Positions 38,623 through 49,507 are shown, counted from the first letter of the stretch. The stretch: DNA of 64,000 bases from an uncultured Bacteroidales bacterium (GCA_963717685.1 OY970346.1:258970-322969), one strand, 5' to 3'. Program-made: numbers and translations. The notes: generated from the letters alone by a model not told the origin.

Positions 38623-41091
38623 ATGTCTGTTGCTGTTCTGGCAACAGAGCTTTTCTTTTTCTCAATTCTGTCTGCACAATCGAAAACGACTACGGAAATA
38701 ACGGGTAAGGTTTTGGACAACAGTACAAATGAGCCGTTGGAATATGCCACGGTCTCTGTTTCCGACGAACAGACCGGGAAAATTGTGACAGGCTCCATTG
38801 CAGATGCAAAGGGCATGTTCAAGGTGACTAATTTGACTGCAGGAACGTATAGAATAGAAATAGAGTTTATAGGGTATGAAAAGAAAGCCATTGACAATGT
38901 AAGCCTGAATGCCACCAGACATTCATTATCGCTGGGAACGATATCGCTTGCCTCAGCCACACATAGCCTTCAGGATGTTGAAGTTACTGCTGACAAACCG
39001 GTAGTCGAAAACAAGATCGATAAGATCGTCTATAATGCGTCGAACGATATTACCTCACAGGGTGGGCTTGCCATTGATGTTCTCAAAAAAGTGCCACAGG
39101 TGACAGTTGATATAGACGGCAATGTTGAATTGCAGGGTAATTCAAATATCCGTTTCCTGATCAACGGCAAGCCATCAAGCGTTTTCGGCAACAGTCTTTC
39201 TGATGCGCTTTCATCAATTCCTGCAAGCCAGATCAAAAGTATCGAAGCCATTACAAATCCCGGCGCCAAATATGATTCACAGGGCACCGGGGGAATAATT
39301 AACATAATTCTGCAGGACAACAAGATGGAAGGCTTTAACTGCAATGTAAATATGTCAGCTGGCACAAGGCTGGAGAACGGCTCGGCAAATTTCAATTACA
39401 GGCACAATAATTTTGGCATCAATGCTTTTTTCAGCGGTAACGCCCAGCTTGAATCCGGAGTGCCATTTTCAATGAACAGGGTTTCATCAGACTCGGCAAG
39501 GCAGAATATCACCACATTGACCCAGACCGGGATAAGTAATTTTCTTAGAAACGGATTCAGGTCAGGACTGGGATTTGACTGGAATATAACCAAGAGAGAT
39601 AATATTACAGGGTCTGTCGGCTTCAACCAGTTTTACAGCCGGGGCTTTGGTTTAACAAATCAGGATCAGGTGATGCAAAATGTACCTGCAGATACTGAAT
39701 CCGTGGTAAATACCATAAGAAATTCAGACAGCTGGTCGCGTGTCAGATCGCTTGACCTGAGCCTGGAGTACAAAAAGAAATTCAGGAAAGAGGGCCAGGA
39801 ACTTGACGTTATTTACAATTCAACCAACGGCAGGCCCAATTCATTTTATGACCAGACTCAGCTGTACGATGGCGAATCTTTACCCTATATGGGATCGGAA
39901 AGCTCAAACCCTGGAACGGACGATGAAACTGACATCTCCCTGGATTATTCCCAGCCCATAAGCGAGAGCTTCTTAATTGAGGCAGGAAGCAAGTACATGT
40001 TCCATGATATAAACAGCATTGCGGATACTTATGTATTCACTCCTGTCTCCGACGATTTTATTTATGATCCATTACAATCATATGACCTGAGATATAACAT
40101 GAAGATCTATGCAGGATATATTTCGACAAACTTCAAATTGCTGCATTTCCTTGATGTAAAGGCCGGGCTGAGATACGAGCATACCGATGTTTCCATCGAT
40201 TTCCCTAATACCAGCATACCCTCGTACGGCACATTTGTTCCATCGGTAGTCCTGTCACATAATTTCAGCCAGAACAAAACACTGAAACTCTCATATGCAA
40301 AGCGTATTCAGCGTCCGGAATACCGCGATCTGAATCCGTTCATGAACCTGAGCGATCCATATAACATCACTACCGGAAACCCGCTGCTTAAACCTGAAAT
40401 AGGTCACAATTTCGAACTTGGCTACAATACTGCATTTAAAACAGGCGGAAATCTCTACGTGGCATTGATAGAGAGGATAAGCACCCAGGATGTGGAACGT
40501 ATGACAACATTCTACCCTACGTACGAAATTGGCGATTCATTATATTCAAATGTATCCATTACGACAAACCAGAACGTAGGGACGGAATTCAATTCGGGAA
40601 TCAGCATATCAGGCTCCTATCCTATCTCTAAAAAACTGAATATCAGGGGAAACCTGATAGTTACCCACCGGTATATTGTCAGCAGCATTACGGGTGATAT
40701 GTCGACAGGACTCAGGGGAAGGCTCAATATGAATGCCACCTACGAGCTGCCCAAAGATCTGGTTATCGAGGCATTTGGCTTTTACAATTTCCCATCGCGG
40801 AATATACAGGGCAAAGTCCCGCAGTTTTTTATCTATACATTCGCCTTCAGGAAAATGTTCTGGGATAAAAAAGCGAGCATTGGATTTACGACGATTAATC
40901 CATTCGGTGAATATATAAGACAGTTAACCACAATCTCAACGGAATATTATAATTCATCCTATCTGAGGCAGATGCCATTCAGGTCTTTTGGGGTCAGCTT
41001 TACATATAAATTCGGCAAGATTGAGTTTAATAAGCCCAAGGAAGAAGATGATAATAATGAAATAAATCCTGAAAACAGCAATCATAATTAA
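38623..41091 (+). CDS. TonB-dependent receptor / outer-membrane beta-barrel protein with carboxypeptidase-regulatory-like domain (non-SusC type)
   Basis: The track ORF starts at TTG 38593; ATG 38623 (MSVAVLATELFFFSILSAQ) is preferred. ITGKVLDNSTNEPLEYATVSV...IEFIGYE is the N-domain, GGIINIIL marks the plug end, and the barrel ends FTYKFG. Confidence 0.8.
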   Translation: MSVAVLATELFFFSILSAQSKTTTEITGKVLDNSTNEPLEYATVSVSDEQTGKIVTGSIADAKGMFKVTNLTAGTYRIEIEFIGYEKKAIDNVSLNATRHSLSLGTISLASATHSLQDVEVTADKPVVENKIDKIVYNASNDITSQGGLAIDVLKKVPQVTVDIDGNVELQGNSNIRFLINGKPSSVFGNSLSDALSSIPASQIKSIEAITNPGAKYDSQGTGGIINIILQDNKMEGFNCNVNMSAGTRLENGSANFNYRHNNFGINAFFSGNAQLESGVPFSMNRVSSDSARQNITTLTQTGISNFLRNGFRSGLGFDWNITKRDNITGSVGFNQFYSRGFGLTNQDQVMQNVPADTESVVNTIRNSDSWSRVRSLDLSLEYKKKFRKEGQELDVIYNSTNGRPNSFYDQTQLYDGESLPYMGSESSNPGTDDETDISLDYSQPISESFLIEAGSKYMFHDINSIADTYVFTPVSDDFIYDPLQSYDLRYNMKIYAGYISTNFKLLHFLDVKAGLRYEHTDVSIDFPNTSIPSYGTFVPSVVLSHNFSQNKTLKLSYAKRIQRPEYRDLNPFMNLSDPYNITTGNPLLKPEIGHNFELGYNTAFKTGGNLYVALIERISTQDVERMTTFYPTYEIGDSLYSNVSITTNQNVGTEFNSGISISGSYPISKKLNIRGNLIVTHRYIVSSITGDMSTGLRGRLNMNATYELPKDLVIEAFGFYNFPSRNIQGKVPQFFIYTFAFRKMFWDKKASIGFTTINPFGEYIRQLTTISTEYYNSSYLRQMPFRSFGVSFTYKFGKIEFNKPKEEDDNNEINPENSNHN

Positions 41092-41139
41092 AATTTTCGT
41101 ATACTCACAAATGAACCATTTTTAAAGAAGGAGGTCAAT

Positions 41140-41457
41140 ATGGCATTCAAGGCAGTTTTCATCGCACATGCACCAGATGCAGATCCTGAAAAACATCACA
41201 CCCTGATAGATACGGGCAGGTACAAACTCTATACCTATGTGGTCAAAACACAGGAACAGGCTTTAAAAGTCTGTACGGATCTATATGAAAAGGAGAAGAT
41301 CGATTCAGTCCTTCTTTGTCCCGGATTCACCCATAAGGATGTCGCCGGGATATTTGAGGCCCTCGGGAACAAGGTAGCTGTTTGCGTATCCAGGGGCGAC
41401 GGACCAAGCAGCAGCATAACAGGTCCTGTACTGCAAAGGGAATTCTTCGGAAAATAA
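41140..41457 (+). CDS. Hypothetical protein (105 aa)
   Basis: Clean ORF with an AGGAGG-like sequence upstream. No motif recognised. Confidence 0.45.
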   Translation: MAFKAVFIAHAPDADPEKHHTLIDTGRYKLYTYVVKTQEQALKVCTDLYEKEKIDSVLLCPGFTHKDVAGIFEALGNKVAVCVSRGDGPSSSITGPVLQREFFGK

Positions 41458-41618
41458 TCCGGTAACTCATTGAAGTCATTTCTATTCCATTACAATCTCT
41501 CCCTGCAGTCGCACTGGAAGAGACTGGCACCAGCTGGAAAATCCTGAACATGTCCGCCAGGCTTGCCATTTTAGAGTGATCTTCCAAATAATTATATTTG
41601 GACGGTTAATTCAATTTC

Positions 41619-42596
41619 ATGTTCCAGAAGCCGGTGAGTATATTATTTTTTCTGTTATTGTCATTTGCCGCAGTTCAGGGACACTCCGTCAATGGCTTCG
41701 TTCCATGTACCGGATGGGGAATCTGCAAGAAAGATTCAAAAGAAGTTATTGTTCTGAGGAAATTCATGAAAGAAGACCAGTGCTGGTACTTTGTCGTGTA
41801 TCCCCAATCACTTGCGACAGGCATTGTACCAGCCGACAGCATAAGTGTCAATCAGGCATCCTGGGAAATGATCAGATCCAGATATTCCGGGATGCCTTAC
41901 ATAAGAGCTTTAAAGCAGGCCGGTCTCTCCGGAGGTAATCTCCAGAATGCCGGCTTTACCAGGTTAAACTCGCTGCACGGCGGTATAATTATTACAATTG
42001 ACCTGTGTCCTTCGCCTCGTGCACTGGACCGGATAGTATTCACTGAACTGTTAAGGGAAGCAGGCAAAACCATGGATCCTGTTCCGATAGCCGTTGCCGT
42101 GACCGGCCAATGGTTAAGGATGCACCACTCAGACTTTAAATGGCTGGACAGTCTTGAAAAGGCCGGTGATCTTTCTGTCGTATGGATCAATCATTCATTT
42201 CATCACTTCACCTATGATAATGTTCCTCTGAATATAAACTTCATGGCGGCGCCGGGTACCGATGTCGATTCAGAGGTATTGTCGAATGAGTCAGAAATGA
42301 TTAGGAACAATATTATGCCTTCTGTTTTCTTTCGTTTCCCCGGACTGGTATCTGACACTGTAATATACAACAAAGTCCTGCAACTGGGGCTTATACCCAT
42401 AGGAAGTGATGCATGGCTTGCCAAGGGACAGAAGCCTTCGGATGGAAGTATTGTCCTTATTCATGCCAACGGGAATGATCCCGCTGGTGTCAGGGCTTTT
42501 ATAAGCCTGCTTAAAATCAGGAGCGCCGATTTGCTTTCAAAACGATGGAGGCTTTTTGATCTGCGTCAAAGCCTGGCTGATGATGTCTCAAGATGA
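41619..42596 (+). CDS. Putative polysaccharide deacetylase-family protein, secreted
   Basis: 325 aa with a signal peptide. IIITIDLCPS...VAVTGQWL...WINHSFHHF...VLIHANGN resembles a divergent NodB/deacetylase fold. The canonical TFDDG motif is absent, so the call is tentative. Confidence 0.4.
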   Translation: MFQKPVSILFFLLLSFAAVQGHSVNGFVPCTGWGICKKDSKEVIVLRKFMKEDQCWYFVVYPQSLATGIVPADSISVNQASWEMIRSRYSGMPYIRALKQAGLSGGNLQNAGFTRLNSLHGGIIITIDLCPSPRALDRIVFTELLREAGKTMDPVPIAVAVTGQWLRMHHSDFKWLDSLEKAGDLSVVWINHSFHHFTYDNVPLNINFMAAPGTDVDSEVLSNESEMIRNNIMPSVFFRFPGLVSDTVIYNKVLQLGLIPIGSDAWLAKGQKPSDGSIVLIHANGNDPAGVRAFISLLKIRSADLLSKRWRLFDLRQSLADDVSR

Positions 42597-42648
42597 CAAG
42601 ATCAGGTTTTTAAGACCAGCCGCTTTTTGATCTCTGCAGTCATATTAT

Positions 42649-43767
42649 CTAAAGATCCTTCTGATATATCCTGAATCTTTTAACTACCCTGGCATTTATC
42701 CTCTCACACTCTGCCCTCATTTTATGGTTGTCTTCAAGGATCAGGTGAGAATCTATAAGTTTTATTTTATTTTCAATGCATGATTGCAGGAGCTTAATTG
42801 CCATCAGGACATCAATTCCTTTACCCCTGTAATCCTTTTTTACCCCGCCAAGCAACATAAGAAGCTTATCCGATCTCCTTGATTCCCTGAGGATACTTAA
42901 TATCCCAAATGGCAAAATCCTGCCACCGGCCTTTTTTACTCCCTCGCTTATGTCGCGCATGCCGACAGCAAAGCCTATAAGGCCATTGCTTCCTTCGACA
43001 GCTTTAATGAATTTAGGATCCATGATGATCATGTAACGGGCTATAAATTCCTTTTTTTCATTTTCGCTGAGAGGAACGAATCCGTAAATCTCCCTGAATG
43101 TTTCATTCATCAAATCCAGCATGGGATAAAAATATGGCTTAAGCTCCTTTTTTGACTTGAATTCGATTATCCTGTACCCGTTAAGGGAGACACGTGAAAG
43201 GATTTTTTCATATGCCTCGGGCAGCTTATCAGGTGTCTTGCCCAGGTAGTTTACCAGATCCCTGTATTTTACATATCCCTCCCTGGCTATCATTTCCGGC
43301 AAATAGGGATCGTTTGTCGGACTTACGATGAACTTCGGGCACCCGAATCCCTCAACCTGGAATCCCTGGGGATCCTTATCCGAAAAACCAAGGGGGCCGA
43401 CAAGTTTTACCGCTCCCTTTTCCCTTGCCCAGTTTTCGACCTTTCCTATCAAAGCATGCACAACGTTCTGATCCTCGAAGCATTCAAGAAAGCAAAAGCG
43501 GCCATGCTGTTCATTATGGATTTCATTGTATTTCCTGTGCATGATACCCATTATCCTGCCAACAATCTCCCCGTTCCTGCAAGCCAGGTAAAGCACCGTA
43601 TCTGCATGCTGATAAGATTTGTTCTTTTTTTCGTTAAACAGCTCCCTTTCATCAATATAAAGAGGAGGAAGCCAGGTTGGATTATTTCTGTGAATCTTTT
43701 CGGGCAGGTAAATAAATTTCCTTTTGTCTTTTCTTGTTTTAACTTCCCTTATTATTATGTCATCCAT
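42649..43767 (-). CDS. GNAT-family N-acetyltransferase-like protein
   Basis: Start at the internal Met 43767 (MDDIIIREVKTRKDKRKFIYLPEKIHRNNPTWLPPLYIDE). The C-terminal GGVKKDYRGKGIDVLM is an acetyl-CoA-binding-like Q/RxxGxG/A motif. Confidence 0.55.
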   Translation of the reverse strand: MDDIIIREVKTRKDKRKFIYLPEKIHRNNPTWLPPLYIDERELFNEKKNKSYQHADTVLYLACRNGEIVGRIMGIMHRKYNEIHNEQHGRFCFLECFEDQNVVHALIGKVENWAREKGAVKLVGPLGFSDKDPQGFQVEGFGCPKFIVSPTNDPYLPEMIAREGYVKYRDLVNYLGKTPDKLPEAYEKILSRVSLNGYRIIEFKSKKELKPYFYPMLDLMNETFREIYGFVPLSENEKKEFIARYMIIMDPKFIKAVEGSNGLIGFAVGMRDISEGVKKAGGRILPFGILSILRESRRSDKLLMLLGGVKKDYRGKGIDVLMAIKLLQSCIENKIKLIDSHLILEDNHKMRAECERINARVVKRFRIYQKDL

Positions 43768-44394
43768 GACGTTTGGCGGTTTGGTTTTAAGTGTTATGGA
43801 ACCAAGGCTGAATTGCCCGCAATTTACCAGTGCTTCTGTATGCTGCATTCAATGCCTCTGATAAAAAATCGTGCAAAATCAGGCGTCTGTTTAAGGGAAT
43901 AAATATAAAAATTCTTTATTCTTATTATTAACATATCCTTGCCTAAAAGAGGATAAAATTTATTTTTACTGCATTTAACAGGCTGCGATGAAATAAATCT
44001 CAGTCGTAACCAGACCATTTCTGATAAAGCAATGTCTAAATTCCGGGAAAGCGTCTCCCGGAATAATTAGAATGGAAAGACCAGTGGCAGCATGCATTTT
44101 TTTCAATGTCGTGGAGTTTAATCCGGATAAATTCATTAATTACTGCGCTTCAATTTAAAATTATATCCAGGCTGAAGTGAAATCAGGCAAAGGAAAAGAG
44201 CCTGGGCGAAAAGAGGATAGGTAAAAAAGAAATCAGAATTAAAGCTATTTTTACGGATAATTACAATTAGTTGCATTTTTTATGAAAACATACATTGATA
44301 TCCGGCACACTGTTTTGCTGCAGAAGGATAATAAGCAACAGCAGAAAAGACCAATAGCGAGCATTAAATAACACATAATAATAAGAGGAATAAA

Positions 44395-44784
44395 ATGGAA
44401 AAACAAAAAAATTACACCATTACGGAGCTAGGCCCGATGGAAAGCATCAGCAGGGTAATGCTTAAGGATACCCTGGGACTGACCGGAGCTGAAATCTCAG
44501 CCAATCGTCTTCCGGCCGGATATGCAAGTCCCTTTGCCCATTCGCACAAAAGAAACGAGGAAATATACTTGTTCATGGCGGGCAAGGGATTGTTCTGGCT
44601 TGACGGGACGATAGTAAAAGTAAGTGAGGGAAGTGTAGTGAGAGTTTCCCCGGGTTGTGTCAGGTGCATAAAAGCCGGCGACCACGAGCCGCTATCCTAC
44701 TTCTGCATCCAGGTGGATGAGGGTTCGCTTGTGCAGGCAACGCGGGAGGATGGTATACGCTCCGATGTGAAACCGCAATGGTAA
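44395..44784 (+). CDS. Cupin-domain protein
   Basis: 129 aa. FAHSHKRNEEIYLFMAGKGLFWLDG...VRVSPG has cupin motif spacing. Confidence 0.6.
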   Translation: MEKQKNYTITELGPMESISRVMLKDTLGLTGAEISANRLPAGYASPFAHSHKRNEEIYLFMAGKGLFWLDGTIVKVSEGSVVRVSPGCVRCIKAGDHEPLSYFCIQVDEGSLVQATREDGIRSDVKPQW

Positions 44785-44939
44785 ATCGCAAAACCCGGAA
44801 TGTACCCTAGCCCGAAAAATCATAAAACCAGAAGGTGAACAACAATATAGGGAATATCTGCAGGCTGGCAGTTATCGGTGATCGTGAATCGGCTTCAGCC
44901 GAATATTTGGCATAACAAATAATTGGAAATATTATTTTT

Positions 44940-45173
44940 ATGATTAATCAAGGTTTAACCTTTAATCAATCAATCATGAAAAACATTTATATAGAACTGA
45001 CCGATACAGACAACGTCAAGATCCTTTTTAATGTCCTGCACATTGCATGGATAGAACCTGCCAAAGACGGAACTATCCTAAAATCCAACCTGGTCCATTA
45101 CTCAATTTCCAAAAAAGTCAGGGAACCGTACGAACAGGTCAAATCTTTAATCGCATCACTGAGCTCACAATAA
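44940..45173 (+). CDS. Hypothetical small protein
   Basis: 77 aa ORF (or 65 aa from the Met at 44976). No motif recognised. Confidence 0.3.
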   Translation: MINQGLTFNQSIMKNIYIELTDTDNVKILFNVLHIAWIEPAKDGTILKSNLVHYSISKKVREPYEQVKSLIASLSSQ

Positions 45174-45177
45174 GTCA

Positions 45178-45918
45178 TTAAGCACCTGGCCGTTTAGAAA
45201 CTGTTTTATCAAAATATTCTTTTATCCGGTTATAATCTTCGACATAATCTATCTCTGCCCAAAAAGTTTTACCCTTCAGGTCCAGAATTTTAACTTTATA
45301 CTCTTCCTTTATAAAACTATAGATTACATCCTCCCACCAGCCATTATAATTTCCTGATTCAATCATTTTGTTCAGTCTCGTGATAAAATTCGAAATAAAA
45401 CCAGAAGAAATTTTTGCTAAACCCACATATTCTCCGGTCGTTTCATCATCAGAAAGATCTTTACCAAATTTAAGCAGGGTGGAATCCTTCCAGTTAAATC
45501 TGTAATCTGCACCTTTAATCTTACTTGAGTCAGCTAACATAAGAATCTCATCTTTCGAAACAAGACATTTTTCGATAATCGATTCTTCAAAAAAAACATC
45601 TCCGTTAAGGATTATAGTCTCTTCGCTTCCCCGGAGAAAATCTCTGGCAAACCAAAGTGAAGCTATGGAGTTAGTCACTTCAAAGAAAGGATTATAATAG
45701 ATTTTTACATTTTGGGCTTTCAGAACATCCAATACTTTTTCCTTCCCATATCCGGTAATCAGAGCAATATCAGTAATGCCAACGTTATTTAAAACACCTA
45801 TTGAGTGATTAATTAGCTCAGTACCACCTATGTCAACGCAACATTTAGGAGTATTATTAATAAGCCTGCTGATCCTGGTCCCTTTTCCTGCCGCTAAAAT
45901 CATTGCTCTCATAATCAT
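45178..45918 (-). CDS. LicC/PntC-like nucleotidyltransferase (NTP_transferase fold)
   Basis: 246 aa. N-terminal ILAAGKGTRISRL...PKCCV is the G-x-G-T-R nucleotide-binding loop of sugar-phosphate or phosphocholine cytidylyltransferases. Confidence 0.7.
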   Translation of the reverse strand: MIMRAMILAAGKGTRISRLINNTPKCCVDIGGTELINHSIGVLNNVGITDIALITGYGKEKVLDVLKAQNVKIYYNPFFEVTNSIASLWFARDFLRGSEETIILNGDVFFEESIIEKCLVSKDEILMLADSSKIKGADYRFNWKDSTLLKFGKDLSDDETTGEYVGLAKISSGFISNFITRLNKMIESGNYNGWWEDVIYSFIKEEYKVKILDLKGKTFWAEIDYVEDYNRIKEYFDKTVSKRPGA

Positions 45919-45960
45919 TTAGTTTAAGCCCGTTCAAAAAGTTCTGAAGAATGCACAGTT

Positions 45961-47043
45961 TCAAAATGCTTTATAATATAATTCCATCTTTTCAATCAGC
46001 TTCTGTGTGTATGGAATATCTGTATCTCCCATGTGAGAGACTCTGAATACAGTCTTTTCAAGGTTCCCTCCGTTAGGGCATAAATAAATATTGTACAATT
46101 TTTCGAAATCAAGGACTATCTCCTTTGCATTTTTATTGTCGAGAGGAGTCAAAGCCGTCAGTGCATTTGATGGATATTCCGGATATATCTTCAATGGCAG
46201 TTTCTTTATATTATCCCTGAAATAAGCAGCTGTCATCCTCGTATTTTTAACTATCTCATCCGCTCCGCCCAATTCATTAATTTGAATTAAACGCTTATGA
46301 AGCTGCAATATAATGCCAACCGGAGGTGTAAAGGGGGTTTGCCCTGCAGGGAGATTAGATAAATACTTTTTAAAATCAAAATAATAAGACCTGATGTTGT
46401 CGGTCTGAATTAAGTTTTGGGCTTCCCGGGAAAGGATCACAATGCTTAATCCCGGAGGAAGAGCCAGCCCTTTTTGAGAAGACAAAATAAGGACATCTAT
46501 ATTCTGTTTTTGCATATCAATGCTGTCTGCCAGGTACATGGAGATAGCATCGACTATAAACAACAAATTATTCTTGTGGCAAAACTCACCAACCATTTTT
46601 ATATCGTGCAAAGCACCCGTTGCAGTTTCGTGCCCATTTATCAGCAAAGCTTTTTTCATCTGGAGAGAGGCATTGCATAGTGCAGCAAAAGTTATACTGC
46701 TTCCACTACTGACAAGGATTTCTTCGTTATTTATAGAGTAAAAATCCAGTATATCACAAAATCTTTTACCGAATGTTCCTGAATTGACCGTCAGGATGGA
46801 GTCTGATTTACCAAACAAGTTGCAAATTACTGCATCCATTGCACCGGTACCGGATGCCGATAAAAAGATACATTCACTACCAGCTGGGGCATTCACGCTG
46901 TCTTTAAGCATCGTGTTGCATGCAGAGATAATCTTTGAAAATTGTTTGGTTCTAAAATAGGGTAATTGCCTGGCACCTTCGGTCAATACTATTTCTGGCA
47001 TTTTGACAGGGCCTGGTGTAAATATTAAAAAATCCGGATCCAT
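45961..47043 (-). CDS. Class-V pyridoxal-phosphate aminotransferase (AGXT/PhnW-like)
   Basis: 360 aa. FTPGPV N-terminus, SASGTGAMDA, DAIS, and LILSSQKGL with the PLP-lysine. Confidence 0.7.
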   Translation of the reverse strand: MDPDFLIFTPGPVKMPEIVLTEGARQLPYFRTKQFSKIISACNTMLKDSVNAPAGSECIFLSASGTGAMDAVICNLFGKSDSILTVNSGTFGKRFCDILDFYSINNEEILVSSGSSITFAALCNASLQMKKALLINGHETATGALHDIKMVGEFCHKNNLLFIVDAISMYLADSIDMQKQNIDVLILSSQKGLALPPGLSIVILSREAQNLIQTDNIRSYYFDFKKYLSNLPAGQTPFTPPVGIILQLHKRLIQINELGGADEIVKNTRMTAAYFRDNIKKLPLKIYPEYPSNALTALTPLDNKNAKEIVLDFEKLYNIYLCPNGGNLEKTVFRVSHMGDTDIPYTQKLIEKMELYYKAF

Positions 47044-47168
47044 AGTATTATTAATTTGGGATGATCTCCGGTCGGGATTTTATATGACCACCTTATTGCC
47101 GGAGCTTTTGCAAAAATAACGAATTCATTTATGAATGCTGAAACATTTTTAATATGGAATTTTATATT

Positions 47169-48011
47169 CTACTGATGGATGAGAGTCTTAACTGCCAGAT
47201 AACCAAAATACAATCCGAAAAGAAAAAGGACGAAGCCAAGACTTTTGATAAAGGCAGAAATGATTTTAATATTTATGTATTTGCGGAACCGTACTATAAG
47301 AAAAGTCATGAGATAAAACCAAATTATGGTGCCCAGTGAGATAAAGAATCCATAACATAGGCTGATTATTAAATGAAAATGCTTTGGCAATCTGACCGGG
47401 TCACTTTCCTGAGTATTTTTGCCGGGCGATTGTCCTTTACCAATTTGAATATCTGAAAACATTTGTGGTTTTTCGATTTTCCCGTTTTCAATAATATTAA
47501 TCTCTTTTATATTCTGGTTGATAATTGTGTCCAATCCACCTGTACTAAGACCAAGTGATGAAATAAAAGAAATCACAAAAAAGGACGATGTCAGCCATCC
47601 GATGAATAATGTTGGATTAAGCAGGTTAATCATGCATCCTGTATAAAAGGCGCCTCTTTCCTTCTTTTCAATTTTTTCTGCAATATGGCTTTTATCTTCC
47701 AGATGCTCAAGATCAATCTTTGTTCTGGCAATCTTGTATCCAAGGTAGATAAGGAACACCGATCCTACAATGAGAATATAAGGTACCGCAGGTTTGTAAA
47801 GCGAATAAAATTTTGTCAGGCCGAATATCGCAATGAAAACATAAATGAAATCTCCCAAGGAAGCTCCAATGGTTACCCGATTGCAGTAATTTGACCTGCC
47901 CTTTAAAGCATTGGATGTAATCAGTATACTGACTGGACCTGCGATAGGCATTGAGAAAATAAAACCTGCCAGTAATCCGGCAATCGACATAGTAATTAAG
48001 CTTTCTGCCAT
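47169..48011 (-). CDS. LysE/RhtB-like multi-pass membrane protein (paralog of 24246..25094)
   Basis: 280 aa. GLLAGFIFSMPIAGPVSILITSNALKGR and YTGCMINLLNPTLFIGW are collinear with the 24246..25094 product. Confidence 0.45.
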   Translation of the reverse strand: MAESLITMSIAGLLAGFIFSMPIAGPVSILITSNALKGRSNYCNRVTIGASLGDFIYVFIAIFGLTKFYSLYKPAVPYILIVGSVFLIYLGYKIARTKIDLEHLEDKSHIAEKIEKKERGAFYTGCMINLLNPTLFIGWLTSSFFVISFISSLGLSTGGLDTIINQNIKEINIIENGKIEKPQMFSDIQIGKGQSPGKNTQESDPVRLPKHFHLIISLCYGFFISLGTIIWFYLMTFLIVRFRKYINIKIISAFIKSLGFVLFLFGLYFGYLAVKTLIHQ

Positions 48012-48093
48012 TGAGCGAAATTATTTTTGTAAAAAATAACCTGAAAAGGGCATCCGTTTATTAATGGTCTCAATATTAAAGTATTTCTTGCTT

Positions 48094-48972
48094 TCATCCC
48101 CCGGAATTTAAGAAATATCTATCAATATTGTGTTGAATTACAGATAAAACTATAGCAAGAACGTTAAAACAGCCCAGTACCATCCAAAAGAATATATCAA
48201 ACCTATGGAAAAAAGAACACAGGATCAAAATAGTAATTTTTGAAGTAGGCCCCATTAAGACCCAGAAACGAATGATTATCCTGTTCTTGCTGAAATAAGC
48301 CTGTGAGTCCGTCTGAAACGTTTTTTCTCCTTTCCTTTTTGCAGCAAGCTTTCCTTGTATTTCTGAATATTTCAGATATATAAAAAGAATTGTTTTATCA
48401 ATCCATTTGCCCTTTTGATTTTTAAGGATGTCATATTCAATTCTGAATTCATTATTCCCTTCGGCTAAAGTGTTTTTTCGCTCCAGTACATAATCGAGGA
48501 ATCGAGTCCTGTTATAATCTACCAGAGCTTCCTGAATAATTATGCTTATACCCGATAAAGCCAGCAGAATCAGCATCAACGGAAACTGGTTGGAGTTTTT
48601 TGCAAACCCGACAGCTATGCCGGTATAAATGGCAACTGCGGCTATCAAATCAGCAATACCATCAATAATCCTGCCTATTGGTTTTCCATTGCCTTTCAAA
48701 CGCGCCAACTGCCCGTCACTGCAATCCAGGATATTGAACATCATGTAGAACAAAGCTCCGATTATGCAGCTTCTGTCTGTCCCAAATGAATAAAAAAATC
48801 CTCCGGTAATACCCATTATAATTGCCGCAAATGTTAAATGGTTTGGAGTGATCCTTGTATGATAAACTGTCTTTACAATGAGGAAAGCAATTATTCTGTA
48901 AAAAAAGAGATCCAGCAATTCTTCGACCCTTGCCATTTTTAGAGAGCTCTTATACTCGTTGATCCATTTCAT
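48094..48972 (-). CDS. CDP-alcohol phosphatidyltransferase-family membrane protein
   Basis: 292 aa. The signature D-G-x2-A-R-x8-G-x3-D-x3-D is present: LDCSDGQLARLKGNGKPIGRIIDGIADLI. Confidence 0.8.
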   Translation of the reverse strand: MKWINEYKSSLKMARVEELLDLFFYRIIAFLIVKTVYHTRITPNHLTFAAIIMGITGGFFYSFGTDRSCIIGALFYMMFNILDCSDGQLARLKGNGKPIGRIIDGIADLIAAVAIYTGIAVGFAKNSNQFPLMLILLALSGISIIIQEALVDYNRTRFLDYVLERKNTLAEGNNEFRIEYDILKNQKGKWIDKTILFIYLKYSEIQGKLAAKRKGEKTFQTDSQAYFSKNRIIIRFWVLMGPTSKITILILCSFFHRFDIFFWMVLGCFNVLAIVLSVIQHNIDRYFLNSGG

Positions 48973-49507
48973 GCTATGCTATGCTTTTCTATTTATTAAG
49001 AATTTAGGGGGCAGGTTTCTTTCTTTATGCTCATTCCATGCAGATAATCTATAAACAAATTTAAAGCCATAGATCTGCTTGCCAAGCCATGTTTTATAAA
49101 GCGGGCCTTATATTTTACTGTTTGGTGAATTTCCGATATATCCCGGTCAAAATCATTTTTAACCTCCATACCTTATCATAGGTCTATTATTACCAGGCAT
49201 ATTAGCTAAGAACCACAAGATTGACAAAATAATTAATATTTCAATTAATTGATGACTTAATCTTTGGCTAATTTCATTTAGTCCTGTTGCAATTAATTCC
49301 CATCTCAATATTTGCTTCTTACAAATTAGCCACTTTCTCCCGTTGAAAAAGCCCGTGATTTTGATCATTCCGGGCCGGAAAATATTGACACCAAAAGCCG
49401 GAGCTAAATCTCTATCTGTTACTAATTTTCACCAAATGAGGAATATTGGTGAATTGTAGTAAATAAGCCCCGTTATTGCACGGCTTTACGTGAAGGGGGG
49501 TTTAAAC

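Noticed and set aside
38502-38960. 152-aa minus-strand ORF overlapping the TonB-dependent receptor start
   Set aside because: It is antisense to a well-supported receptor gene with recognisable domains, and it has no start context or motif of its own.
41576-41938. 120-aa plus ORF overlapping the start of the deacetylase-like gene
   Set aside because: It is an alternative frame of 41619..42596, which has a signal peptide and a longer, coherent product.
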